The translations under genes were made by a program, and so were the position numbers. From Chrysomallon squamiferum (taxonomy: Eukaryota; Animalia; Mollusca), in the NCBI GenBank assembly GCA_012295275.1, contig CM022676.1, positions 10,540,001 through 10,604,000 on the forward strand: a stretch of 64,000 nt of DNA. The letters are read 5' to 3'. Each line of letters begins with the position of its first letter. The stretch's first letter is position 1. The notes beneath the pieces were generated by a model that had not been told where the DNA came from, searched no databases, and saw only the letters and a list, made by a program, of their open reading frames with translations. Shown in pieces: positions 1-25,195 of this stretch.

Positions 1-34
<34 letters not shown>

Positions 35-35
35 G

Positions 36-108
<73 letters not shown>

Positions 109-175
109 ACGTGTGTAAGCCTGTGTTAGATACATATTAATTTATATGTCTAAGAGATCCTGCACAGAGAAAATA

Positions 176-240
<65 letters not shown>

Positions 241-420
241 GTCTGTCTGTCTGTCTGTCTGTCTGCGAGTGTATGTGTGTATAAATACACAGCCATTCAT
301 CTAACAATCTATCTGTATTTCAGTCCGACTGTTACACAGATAAACTATTAACACAACACGTCTTTAACTTCACGCTTACAAATTTTTGTCTCTTTTTCTC
401 TCTCGGACACGCTCTCACAG

Positions 421-717
421 CCGAAGTTCTCGTATCACGTGACCGTTGTGGAAACGTCCGCCCAGACAAGTCAGATGAGTTGAAATTAGCACGCATTTGT
501 CTCTCCACTGCGCAGCCTTGATTGCTTGCACGCGCTTGGAAATCAATTGCAACTGACGGCGTCGCTCATTGGCTATTGTCGTCTTCACGTCTGCTCTCAA
601 AGCCACTGACACGTCACACGGAGTTCGCGTCAAACGAGTCGACGAAGGCCGACAAGTGGCGAAGATTCTGGAACTTCTCGAACTGGTCGGCTGGGAAATG
701 TTGCCGTCTGCTGACAG
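421..717 (+). other. Exon-like CpG-rich segment, coding status unresolved
   Basis: Polypyrimidine tract plus CAG ends at 420; CAG|GTGAG donor at 718; 297 nt of complex sequence among microsatellites; no + frame is fully open. Confidence 0.4.
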
Positions 718-879
718 GTGAGCTCGCTTGTTGTATCTCAGTTTAAGGTTATTGTTCGTTCGTTTGTTTGTTTGTGTATATGTGTGTTTGTTATCATCAT
801 CGTCATCAGTTTATTTGTTTATTTTATTTATTCATTTATCATTATCTCATTATTATTATTATTATTGTTATTGTTGTTG

Positions 880-920
<41 letters not shown>

Positions 921-1602
921 GTCATCATTACCATTATTATTATTATCATTATCATAACTATTATTGTTGTTGTTGTTATTATTATTATTATTTTCATCAT
1001 CTTTATTATTTTTATCATTATTCATTACGTCATTATTATATTTTCCTTTGTTTCTTCTTCATAATTTTATTTTTTATTTATTTTATTTCATTTCCATTTA
1101 TATTACTTCAATCTGTAATTTTTTTCTTCTAAAAATGTTTTCAGACATAGGAGTCGTTTTTCGATGATGTTTGTTTAATTTTATTTATTCCAGAATGAAC
1201 ATTTATTTGATTTTGTTTCGATGCATTTTTAAAACATACAGGTTGTCACAACGGTCGGAATAATAAGTCTTTAAAAAACTGTAACTAAACAGTATTAATG
1301 ATCTGTCTACTCCTTGCGACAGCAAAATACATCTATTTCCCGTTCCGACCACTTGTTCACACTGTTTTCTTACCTGTCAGTAGAGTGGTCTGGAGTGGTA
1401 ACTAATTATGTCTTCTTTTCTATCGTTATTACGACCGGGTTACGACCGGGTTACGATCAGGTTACGTTTAGACGTAACTTGAAACGATATTTTTCAGTAA
1501 ATCAAGTTTCATTTGTTTGCTTTTGACATATTACTCAGTGGTGTTGTTGTTGTTGTTGCTGTATCACAGTATTATCAGAAATCATGATTTATTATTTATC
1601 CA

Positions 1603-1674
<72 letters not shown>

Positions 1675-1932
1675 TATCGTGTACGAAACGGTTGTCTATC
1701 AGAATTGACGTAACTAAGGGAATACACTGAATATAAAATAACTATATTATACTAAAACAAATATTCCCTGATAAAGATAAAAAAAAAAGATTTGCATTTT
1801 CATTTTGTCTATTTTATCACGCTACTTCATGAAAATCCTTGATAACGTTTTGTTTATAGTTGACTATCAAAAACACAGAACATTTTTCACACAGCTTTCA
1901 TTAAAACAACAACAACAACAACAAAATAATAA

Positions 1933-1963
<31 letters not shown>

Positions 1964-2218
1964 AAGAATTTAAATAATACACCAAACACACGCTGCAAAT
2001 TTAATAAAGCTTGACAGGTTTTCGATTGTTTACTAAGTGCATGCGCACATGACGTAGCTAACTCAGTTAATGATGAACGTACACGATGCGGCCATGACGT
2101 CCAAAGACAGTGGACGCCAATTTGGCTTTAACCATTGAGATGTAGCACAGTTGAAAGAAAACACATTTCTAAGACCTGCCAAAATGAGGCAACGAGATAC
2201 ATGCTTAGCATAGTGAAA

Positions 2219-2285
<67 letters not shown>

Positions 2286-2525
2286 GTGTTGCTTTGTTAC
2301 GTCATTGTTACGGCAAATCGAAATCGTACGATGACGTCATCAGAAAGTCAGAGGTTTTTTTCCCTGCTATATGGTGAATGACCTAGTAGCTCTATATTCA
2401 GAAATGATGGTGATGATGATACTGATGATGATGATAATGATGATGAATATGATGACAATAGGCTAATAATAACAATAATAATCATTATTAAACAACAACA
2501 ACATAACATATCCTTTAATAAACTA

Positions 2526-2584
2526 AACGGTAGCGCTTCTGACCGCAAATCAGAAGGTTGCGTGTTCGAATCACGTCGGGCTCC
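2526..2584 (+). pseudogene. 5'-truncated tRNA-Trp-derived pseudogene, loop CCGCAAA
   Basis: aacggtagcgcttctga-ccgcaaa-tcagaaggttgcgtgttcgaatcacgtcggg matches the 3' part of the intact copies; 5' acceptor strand and most of the A box are missing. Confidence 0.8.
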
Positions 2585-3095
2585 CTATAATTTTTAAATG
2601 ACTCTAAATAGAAACAAACCCGACAGTACTCTGCCGGGATTTGATCCTTTAGTCCATTACGCTTGAGACCAGCCCTCTAACAGTCAGTAACAAAAAAACA
2701 AACAAAAAACAACAGTGTAGTAATATGATAGGGGAAAAAAACTAAACTAGAGACAGTAGTAGCACGGTATGCAAATACAAAAGCAACCCGAGGTATGGGC
2801 TCGCAGATGAGTATCTGCATAGTAATTAAAAACGAGAAACGTGTGGCAGATTTCCGCGATGAATAAAACCAGCACAGCGCGTTCTAGGCCAGCGACTAAT
2901 TCAGACTTCCCCGTCGTGTCAGGATGATTGCCTTGTCTCCACAACAACAAACACTCGATCGTAGCAGATAAGCTTCATTTCCCGTTCTACTCATTGCTCT
3001 TGAACTGAAGCGCGTGTAACGTACTGTGTGGCTGGTTTAATGAGTTATGTATGCAATGTATGTGATTCCAGTCTGCTGATGGTTGTGTTGTTTCG

Positions 3096-3128
<33 letters not shown>

Positions 3129-3354
3129 AACGTCTCTGTGAGTTTCTTGGTAATATTCGTGGTTTGGGTGTCTTCCCTCTCCACTCAGTATAACCTGTCT
3201 GTCTGTCTGTTTGTCTGTATCGTTGTCTGGTGTTTTTTTTCTTTCTTTCTATCGATCTATTTTTCTATCTTCTGTCCGCTTCTCTGTCTACCTACCTTTC
3301 TTCTTTCTTTCTATTGGCCCAATTTCCTTCCAGTTTGTCTGCCTTTCTATTTAT

Positions 3355-3426
<72 letters not shown>

Positions 3427-3702
3427 AATTATATCCACATTTATTTAACTACATAATATTATAAATCATCTATTATATATCTATTATATATATGTATATA
3501 TATATGTATATATGTATGTATATATATATATATATATATTTATATCTGTATATTTATTTATCATTCTATATATATACATGTATATATCGATAGATATAAA
3601 GAAAGACACACACTATGTACATAAAAAAATAGACACACATTATATACATAGAAAAATAGATAGGCAAACAGATGGAAAGACAGACGGAAAGAGAGAGGGA
3701 GA

Positions 3703-3798
<96 letters not shown>

Positions 3799-4230
3799 AA
3801 ATGACGTTTTCTTTTTGTTGTACACAAACACATAACTGTTCAAGCTGATTGACTCCCATTGTCGTCTTTTCGCTGTTTGTGAATCCTCGTTTACACTAAC
3901 CAGCTTCTGTGTTACCAGCAGTTTCCCTCAGCCAAATCTCTGCACGCAAATAAAGCTATTTTTATTACTGCCAGTAGCTGTTACCTACATGAAAGAACCC
4001 ATAGAAATTCTAAATGCTTCCTATATATATTTTTTATGATTATTATTATTATTTTTTTTTTTTTACAAGTCTCTTGTTACTATCATTAAGTGACTTATTG
4101 GTGAAAAAATAATACTGCCGCGAAGGTCACAAGTTCAAATCACAGCTCAGGAAGCATTACGAACGTTACTATAAAGCAAGTTCATTTTAGTGGTTAGATA
4201 AGACGGTATTTCTGTGTTTAACCATTATAA

Positions 4231-4290
4231 TGACGTCATTAATATCGTGACGTCAGTTCTTATTATACGTCACTACATTTCTTGACGTCA
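4231..4290. promoter_or_regulatory. Cluster of three perfect CRE/ATF palindromes
   Basis: TGACGTCA at 4231, 4248 and 4283; function untested. Confidence 0.4.
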
Positions 4291-4609
4291 TTTGCTTTAA
4301 AAAACTGGGGATTCGTTATTTTATCAGTCTGCTGGTTTCACGATTTCTTATCCCAGGATCTGTTCCAAGGAAAAGCTTGTCAAAGGCCGTGGTATATGTT
4401 AACCTGTTTACGGGGAGGGACATAAAAAATATTCTTCTCTGCTAATCGAAAAAGAGTAGTCCATGAGACTTTATCATTACCTGCACTGACATTTTGTATC
4501 ATCCTATCTCGCTCTCTTTCTGTGATTTTTTTTTTTTGTCTTTATATCAAGGATTGTTATCTGTCTTTCTCTCTTCTATTAGTTTCTCTGTCATTTTATT
4601 TTGTTTATT

Positions 4610-4659
<50 letters not shown>

Positions 4660-4732
4660 CATGCGTACGGGTTGGACCGTATACATATTTGTTAATGCTT
4701 AAATAATATTAATGCATAAAATGCAATTAAGT

Positions 4733-4804
4733 GACTTCGTGGCGCAACGGTAGCGCGTCTGACTCCAGATCAGAAGGTTGCGTGTTCGAATCACGTCGGG
4801 GTCA
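4733..4804 (+). tRNA. tRNA-Trp(CCA), intact
   Basis: 72-nt cloverleaf GACTTCG...CGGGGTCA, anticodon arm TCTGA-CTCCAGA-TCAGA, B box GTTCGAATC, T7 run at 4812-4818. Confidence 0.96.
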
Positions 4805-5173
4805 TTACTACTTTTTTTCCATGTTAATGTTTTGTGTTTGTTTATTTTTATGCCCTACACTTTATTTATATATCTCTATATATAACAACAATAAATAAAT
4901 AAATAAATAAATAAATAAGTTAGCAAGAACAAAATCAGATTTAACAATTATTATCAGTAAATTGGCAAAACGGCTTCATTTGACTCATTTTCCGATCCTC
5001 CTTAGTGTTCGTATTAAGGATTTTCCCGTTCCAAACAGAGCTTAATAACAGTTTTGTTAAAAGATCATTGTTTGTAGCCTTGTTTTCTGTGAGAAAACGG
5101 ACAGAATAAAATCCACGAAAGAAGTTTTAAAACTTAGTTTCAATGAAAATTATTAAGATCGAAAAATCTACAC

Positions 5174-5245
5174 TGACCCCGACGTGATTCGAACACGCAA
5201 CCTTCTGATCTGGAGTCAGACGCGCTACCGTTGCGCCACAGAGTC
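5174..5245 (-). tRNA. tRNA-Trp(CCA), intact, GACTCTG acceptor variant
   Basis: Reverse complement is a full 72-nt cloverleaf with CCA anticodon and T5 downstream; convergent with the 4733 copy. Confidence 0.96.
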
Positions 5246-5660
5246 ACATGTTAAAAATGTTTTCATTAATATTTATTTAATCTTAGATACTACAGTGGTT
5301 TTGTGATCTATCAGACTTTACTATTGCTCTAACCACTGAGCTACAGTTAATGATATTTTAATGAACGGCAGAAAAATGAAATATTAAATTAATTTACTGA
5401 ACGAACAACAAAAAGGTAAAATCCTTTTTAACGAACCTTCTTTTTCTTTCGTTCTTTCTTTCTTTCTTTCTTTCTTTATTATTATTATTTTAATTTAATT
5501 TGAAATTTGTTTTTATAATTTTTCTTTTTTGTTTTAATTTGCGTTCTAATAGGTCATTCTTTGCTCTCTTTTTTAATTTAATTTCTTTTCGTTTCTTTAT
5601 TGTTTTTTTTCTTTCTTAATTATTCAAGAATATTAGAGAAAATCATTTGCTGTTTACAAC

Positions 5661-5749
<89 letters not shown>

Positions 5750-6278
5750 AGAAATCCAAAATATTATAAAGAGACACAAAAACGCGCAAAATGTCATCTG
5801 TGTGATGAAAATAACTCTGCGGACGATGACGTAGATGAACATTGCTTGTAGCTACACGACTGCCAGGAACCGTTGCCAAGAACGATAATTAAAACTGAAA
5901 GGTTAATCAGCATTTGCCGCTCCTTGTCTAATTACCTCCCTTGAACATGTGCTCGAAATGCCGTCCAAGGATTACTGACTACGCTTCACAAATGCTTCGT
6001 TTTTGTCTCTTAATGTCTTTCATTTTAAATCAGCTATCTTATTTTATATAAAAAAATCTGTACCCCAGCTATTTAATATCGCTCAGTGAATTTATCGGGA
6101 AAGTTTCTCTTTATCAAATTATTCCAGTAAAATGAAGGCTTGAAGATGTGAAGATCAGACTGTCACTTCGGCTCTAGCACATTTATCAGTTTTTATGAAA
6201 TTCGTAATTCTAGTTTCAACACAGCAATTTGTAGTAACACAGAACACGCCTGTTTAATTTTCTTAATGTTAAACTGAA

Positions 6279-6319
<41 letters not shown>

Positions 6320-6372
6320 AATCAGAGATAGATAGACAGACACACAGACAGCCATATAGATAGATATAACCA

Positions 6373-6403
<31 letters not shown>

Positions 6404-6474
6404 ATAGAGAGTCTCTCTCAGAATCAGAGATAGATAGACAGACTCTCTCCATCTCTCCTCTCTCTCCTTCCTCT

Positions 6475-6557
<83 letters not shown>

Positions 6558-6562
6558 ACTTT

Positions 6563-6643
<81 letters not shown>

Positions 6644-6649
6644 ATCTAA

Positions 6650-6750
<101 letters not shown>

Positions 6751-7184
6751 ATTTTCTATTTTCTATCTAACTTTGCCTCTCTCACATGTTCGCACTCAAC
6801 GTTATTAATGTTTTATTTACGCAGAACCTGCCACGAAATACTAAACAAACAGAAAAAGTATATAAATTAATATGTGGGCACACGAACTGTTTTGATTTGT
6901 TTTCTGTATGAATATGTTCAATGAACAGATCTTAGGTCTCGTACTAACATAAGCCGATTATTTTTGCAAGGCAAATGTCAAGGATTTCTCTCCTTCGTTG
7001 TAAATTTAAGGTTATTGTGCGTAGAGGATTATACTGACGTTCTTCTTCTTCTTCTTCTTCTTCAACTTTTGGTTAGAGATGTTTTCAATTTGGATACTAT
7101 TAAGCTAGAATTATTCGAGAGAGTTCTGTCCAGTTTAGGCGTACTTAACAAATTAAAGGTGAATATATTGAACATAGTTTTGTG

Positions 7185-7307
<123 letters not shown>

Positions 7308-7559
7308 CCCATCATATATAATTAATAACTATAAAGTCACACATATTCAAACACTGAGCCTTACCGTTTCATTTCCGATCTAAACTAATCACATTAACTT
7401 CTTTCGGTTCTCCGTGTACAGTCGAAACTCTTTGAAGCTCAAACAACACTGTTAACATGAAGGAAATGACAGAGTTGAGACTAGCGTGTATAATGTTATC
7501 TTTGTCTCTTGGCAGAGTTCTCAAATTAGTATTTGTATCGCGTTCGTTTTTCTTTCCTT

Positions 7560-7635
<76 letters not shown>

Positions 7636-7680
7636 CTCTGAACAATATATATGGTTTCAGATTTAGATAAAGAAATAAAG

Positions 7681-7772
<92 letters not shown>

Positions 7773-8184
7773 TTTAAAGTAATATTAAAAAAAAGAAAAA
7801 AAAAAAAGAATGAAACTGAATCAAAAGAAAGAAAGAAATTAAAAACAAATGTATCGAAAGAAAACAAGAAAAAAATCTTGCACGAAAGAAATAAATGATT
7901 AAATAACCTGAGACAGACAGTGCTACAAATCACATCTGTTCATGTTACAGGAGCTTGATATCTTGTCCAGTAATCAGCTGGCTAACTCCTGGGAGTCGAG
8001 AAAGAAATATGGGGAGATTATGTTTTTGTTTTAAGTAATTAAGTTTACGGTTGTCACTCCCAGGAAAAAAATGCTTAATGGTGATAGTGTTAGGATGAAT
8101 GTTAATGCATAATCGTGTGTGTCGGGCTTAGTGGGGATTGTGTGTGGGTGTGGTACATGTGCAGGAGGGATGAGAATGGATGGA

Positions 8185-8220
<36 letters not shown>

Positions 8221-9141
8221 AGTGTTTTTTTTGTGTTTGTTTGGGGATGGTACATGTTTATGTATGTGTGTGTGTGTGTGCGTAAGTCTTCGTGTGTTTA
8301 TATTTGTGGGGGATAAGTTTGTGTTTGGCGTGTGTGCGTGCGTGCGTGCGGTTATGTGTGTATGAGCGTATAGAGTATGTGAGCATTTGTGTATATGTGT
8401 TTGTTGTTATATGTCTGCGTTTGCGTATTTAACTGTGTATTCGTTCATGTGTTTGTTTTATGTTCGTGATATGGACAGACAGATGAATGGATTGGTAGTA
8501 GATAGCTGGCTAGACAGAGGGATCCATCGAAGGAGATACAGACGAAAGAATGAATGAACTGATGGATGGAAGGATGGATAGATATATCCATGCATGTTTG
8601 AACTATGAATCGATTTCGGAAACAGAAAGACAAACACACACACCTACTGACATACATTCAGACACACACACACACATAGACTTACACACATACAGACAGA
8701 CATGCAAATTACACATACACACACACACACAAACACACACACGCACACACACACACACACAAACACGCTGTATATATAAGCTCATTAGATATAGAAATTT
8801 CATTCCAACAATTTCCGCCATTTTGTCAACACTGGACTGGTACTCAGGGATTAATTATACTAATCTAATGAAGGCGTAGCATAAGTGGTCACCAGTCATT
8901 ACCAGACTCTAATAACTGTAAAAAATGTCTCTTGTCAATAATGTTTCTTCTTCTTCTTATAATGACGATGATGATGATGATTATCTTTATTATTGTTATT
9001 ATTATTGCTATTATTATTATTACTATTATTACTGTTATTACTACTACTATTATTATTGCTATTATTAGTGTTATTATTATTACTATTAATATAATGATAA
9101 TAGTAATAATAATAATAATAATAGTATTAGTAATAATAGTA

Positions 9142-9189
<48 letters not shown>

Positions 9190-9538
9190 GTAATAATAAT
9201 AAGAAGAAGAAAGACAAGAAGAAGAAAAAAAAGAAGAAGAAAAAAGAAAAAAGGAAAAGGAAAAGAAGAATGATAAAAAAAGAAAGAAGAAAGCCTGGAA
9301 AATATGAAGAAAGAAAGAAAGAAAGAAAAAATGCATGGATTTGTATTCTTCTGTATTTAGACAGTGATTACCTGTGTGCTGTGTTGTAACGAGTTTAATT
9401 CTTCTTGGCTGTCTGGGACTATGCTGCCAGTAACACGCGATTTCATTAGCTGAAACCTTACTAATGATTTCTAACACGCGATATGATTGGTCAGCGTGAC
9501 AGGAAACTGATAGACCAGACGTTATTAAGTCTTGGAGG

Positions 9539-9570
<32 letters not shown>

Positions 9571-9626
9571 GGAAGTAAAAAAAAAAGAAGTAATTGCAAT
9601 AAAAGAAAAAGACATTAGAAAAAAAT

Positions 9627-9657
<31 letters not shown>

Positions 9658-9728
9658 GTGAAAAAGAAAGAAATGGGGAAAAATAAGCTGAGTTAATAGT
9701 TTTAATTTAAATAAATATATATATATAA

Positions 9729-9785
<57 letters not shown>

Positions 9786-10327
9786 AATAAATAAATAATT
9801 ATTATTTCGATGATGATGGGGATGATAACAAATCCACCATCACCATCACCAGCTCCACCACCACCAACAATAAAAACAATAACAACAACAACAACAACAA
9901 CAGTTATAGCAACTTAGAAAACTGCATACACATGCTGTACGTTTGTTCAAAAACTGTTAACACGAATAACCTCGTATGAAGACCGCTTTATGTATCTATG
10001 TTTACAAACTATTATTAGAAATTACACTGTATGAAGGTGGCTTTATTGATTTAAGTATGTAAAGAAAATTATTATTAAAAGTCGTCTGATATGAAGCCGG
10101 CGTTAGTGCGTTTTTGAAGTTACCTTTTTCTCATTTACATACGTTTACAAATTATTATAACAAATTAACTCGTGTGAAGACGGCTTTACGCGAAACACCG
10201 TGAAGAACGCAAATGAGATAAAACCTACAACAGTACACCACATAATGTTAGTCTTTTTTTTTGGTGGGGGGGAAGAAAGAGATATATAGATAGATAGATA
10301 GATAAAGAGAGAGACAGACAGACAGAC

Positions 10328-10393
<66 letters not shown>

Positions 10394-10473
10394 TATGTAT
10401 GTAAATATATATTTGTATATGTATGTATGTATGTTATATATATATATATATATAAAATGTATGTTATATGTAT

Positions 10474-10511
<38 letters not shown>

Positions 10512-10520
10512 ATATATATT

Positions 10521-10571
<51 letters not shown>

Positions 10572-11072
10572 AGGATGTACCTGCCTATGCATGTTTTATA
10601 TTTATATACAATTCCATTATTTTACGTTGTTTTAAAATCATTTTTATACATTAATTTATACACACATACGCACACATCACACCATACCGTACCATAACAT
10701 CTATTTTAAGCAATTCTGTTTACTAAATTCATATACAGTTGATTTTAATACATTATATATTCATATACAGTTGATTTTAATACATTATATATTTTCTAAA
10801 AAATCTCAGTTCATCTGTCCTGCATTGAACTCTAATACTGTTTCCAATTTAAGCGGATTAAAATAAAATAAAATAATAAAAAAAAGAAGAAGAAAAAAAC
10901 GAAAAACAGAAAGAAAGAAAGAAAATGATTGGAAAATGAAAAAGGAATATAAAAACAGATATCAGTTACGTTCACGATGTTTACAATATTAATGAAATGA
11001 AATAAAGTAGTGTTTTCTGCATATATGATAATAATAATAATAATAATAATAATAATTATTATTATTATAATG

Positions 11073-11139
<67 letters not shown>

Positions 11140-12640
11140 CTAGTGATCATTTTCTTATTTCAAAAAAAAAAAAATAAAAAATCATTTTACTGTTTATCTG
11201 TTAAAATATTTGCTTATTACGATATAATATAAATAATTTTACCCCTTTCAAAGATGCAGTATTACAGTAAGCTTGATGCGATACGAATAGAACAGGATTT
11301 TCATATAATCTGGTGACGTAATTTAATTAGTATTGCTTCTGTGTTATTGTGCACGCTATCACTGCTGTTAAAGGTAATGTTCTCTTTGTAGCGCGTGCAG
11401 AACATTGACGCCATGATGGATCGCAGACGATAATAATCAGCAGAATCAAAAACTGGATTCAGTTGAGCGCAAAACGAACGAAACTGATTGTTGAAGAAGA
11501 AGAAGAAGAAGAAGAAGAATAGAAAAGAAAGAGAGAGAAATTAAAGTCAATGATTTAAAAATAAAGAAAAGAAAGAAAGAAAAAATAGAAAAGAAAGAAA
11601 AGGGAAAGAAAGAAAACTGGAAAAGAAAGAAAGAATGATTATTAAAATAAATATAAAAAAGGAAGGAAATTAAAGAAGAACGAAAGAAAGAAAGAAGAAA
11701 GAAAAGAAGAACGAAAGAAAGGAATAAGAAAGACAAAAAGAAGGAAAGAAAGAAGGAAATGAAATAAAATAAAAAAAGTAAAATGTAAAAAGAAAAAGAA
11801 ATTTCAAAAACAAGAAAGAAAATCGAAAGAAATCAGCGAAGGAATTGGATTTCACTGCTATGTCCGTTCGTCCGTAATAAACTAAAAATGACAGAAATGA
11901 TTTGAAGACCTGACCAGGCTTCCCGGCGTGTTTTCAAATCAGTTCAGCAGACGTCTCAGAAGAATAAATTAGCACCAGAATTTGTCACACAAAGTCACGA
12001 AAGACCGTGCCACGCGCATTTTTATTATATGAACGTGAATCTACGGGAAAACAGGATCTTTCGTAACTTAACAAAGACAAATTAGATCCGATAGACTGAA
12101 ATCAAGTATTTCGAATTTAGCGGAAAAATAAAGGATTCGATGTCATTTTGTTTTTCGCAGTCAGCAGAAAATGAATTCAGAGAAATAACAAAAAGATTTT
12201 TAATATATTTGAAGGTATTTCTGATCGAACGGAATGAAATTTAGCTCGTAATAATTAGCGAAAAAAGGATTTGAATTGATATTTGTCTGGCAGGATAGAC
12301 GGCTGCACCATTTGGTTCGTGTAAATTAAATACCGTGGAATTAACGAAAACGGATTTAATTTCGTTTAACAATTTCATTTCCCGTGGAGTTAAAGCAGAC
12401 AGACGGCGAAAACGAATATTAATAATTTAGTTGTATCTGCATCCCGTATCCTCGTGTTTATTTCACTTTGACGTCGCTGTCGGCGGTGTAATCGATGAAG
12501 ATGTAGTCGTAAATCTGGATGTGATGCCTCTTGATGGGGGAAAACAAAGATAATAAATTCAACGCGGATTTCGAACACGTTGCTTTAATGGAGCCCAAAA
12601 CACTACGCCGTATCGACGTGTTTTCGTGCCGTGCTCAAAA

Positions 12641-23250
<10,610 letters not shown>

Positions 23251-23522
23251 CACACTACAATCACGTGGAAGGCATGAACCTTGACCTTTGACATTACAGA
23301 TCGGATGACTGAGAGTAAATGTAATACTAGGTTATTAACGTAATGACGCCATGTTAAAATGCCAAATATGGAAAGGACGTGAACCTTAATTAAACTTGAA
23401 CTTTATAATATAATGATATATCGTCTGGTAAAAAAAAATTCCGAATGTTAATTTTTGAAGAAAAAAAGAAAGAAAATTTACTCGTGTTTACAAAAACTTT
23501 CGAAATACATTTAGTATTTAAA

Positions 23523-23582
<60 letters not shown>

Positions 23583-24246
23583 TTAATAAATGCATTTTAG
23601 AATAATAATAATTTTATATCTACTTATATAATAATACACATTAATTATGTGCAGCTAAAGGTGTCTTCGAAATTAAGCGCTTTGCTTGTCATTTTCTTTA
23701 ATATATACTTGCTTGAAACAAAACTGAATGTGTCAGCGAATCTAGGATTGCTACAAACATTAAAATTAATATTTGTGAATGTATGTGTCTACTGCTTCAC
23801 CGAAATAGGTCAAACTGGTGCAACAAAAGACATACGCGCAGAGCGGAAATTAATCTTCTTCTGTTTGTTCCGCCATTTTGTATATTTGCTTCAAGCTGAG
23901 AGGAAAACAAATAATGTACAGCTTGTACCTGTTTCTTACACAATTTGATATACAGAGTCTATTATATGCTATGATAATATCAGGAGCGAAATAAATTTAT
24001 AATTATTTCCAGTCTTGTTTTAGTTTTTGCTATTTTATTAACTAATTTAATCTTAAATGTGTGTGATTGTTATGTTGTTTATGTTTGTGGCACTGTAATT
24101 ACGTGAAACGCGTCAACTTTGACCTTTGACATATATATATATATATATGCATATATCATATATATTTTAATTACTTATAGTTAGTGACACTTAAAAGTTA
24201 ATACATTTGAAATGAATAAACTCAATTATTTAATTAATAACAAAAT

Positions 24247-24326
<80 letters not shown>

Positions 24327-24449
24327 GTCCTTAAGTTATATATCAGCTTGGTGCTGAATAAATAATGTTTAATCTAATGTTTACTAAATATAACAGAGCA
24401 TACGTTTGTTTGCCGTTCAAGAACCAGATTGGGAAGCGCTCTATCATGT

Positions 24450-24521
24450 GACTCTGTGGCGCAACGGTAGCGCGTCTGACTCCAGATCAGAAGGTTGCGT
24501 GTTCGAATCACGTCGGGGTCA
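24450..24521 (+). tRNA. tRNA-Trp(CCA), intact, GACTCTG variant
   Basis: Identical to the 5174 copy; TTTT and TTTTT runs downstream. Confidence 0.96.
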
Positions 24522-25195
24522 TTACAGTTTTACTTTTAGTTGTATGAAAATAATATATAAGCATATAAGAATGTATTAAATGTAATATCTGAAATCTACT
24601 CCATTTCATTCCTTAATAACCGCTATTATGACGAAATAATAGTAATAATAACAACAACAACAACATTAATCAAGACAATGATGATGATGATAATGACAGT
24701 GATAATATATCAATACGTAATTCTAACTTAATCGGTGTATGTAATAACGCCTCGTTTTAATCTTAAATCTTACTGATCAAAGCTGAAACAAGAAAATAAA
24801 ATGCAACAAAACAAAACAAAATAAAAATTTAATCTTTCCTACAAAAATTTAAAACAATTCGAAAGTACCGCCATTTTCTTAAAGACGTCATAGCATTGTT
24901 GACGTCATCATGCACTATTACCGCATAGAAAAAAAGAAATTAACGAAGTCAGTAATAAAAATGATTTTTACTGAAAATAATGTGGAACGTACAGCGGCGG
25001 GTCTGTTATGTTTTACAGAGGAGGCTGATATTTACAATGTAAACAAACAGAAAAGGTAAGCATTTTCACTTGTTAACACACACAAGCCCCGCCACACATG
25101 GAGGAAAAAACAACAACAAATCTACAAACAGATTGACAGAGACATTTAAAAATTATACTGTAAAGTAACGATATAAAAAAAAAAAAAACTAATCA

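Noticed and set aside
415-633. Minus-strand 72-aa ORF
   Set aside because: No ATG or minus-strand splice signals found; splice signals favour the + strand; no recognisable motif.
718-1167. ORFs with poly-L/Y/I/N runs, and the many ERERER, SLSLSL, CVCVCV, YLSI ORFs elsewhere
   Set aside because: Translations of (ATT)n, (GA)n, (CA)n and (TATC)n microsatellites with no coding signal.
2750-3040. CpG-rich complex stretch as a coding exon
   Set aside because: No convincing open frame bounded by splice sites; may be regulatory but I cannot support a call.
5326-5344. GTAGCTCAGTGGTTAGAGC on minus, and a B-box-like stretch at ~2620-2685, as further tRNA genes
   Set aside because: Isolated A-box or B-box fragments without a cloverleaf; probably old SINE debris.
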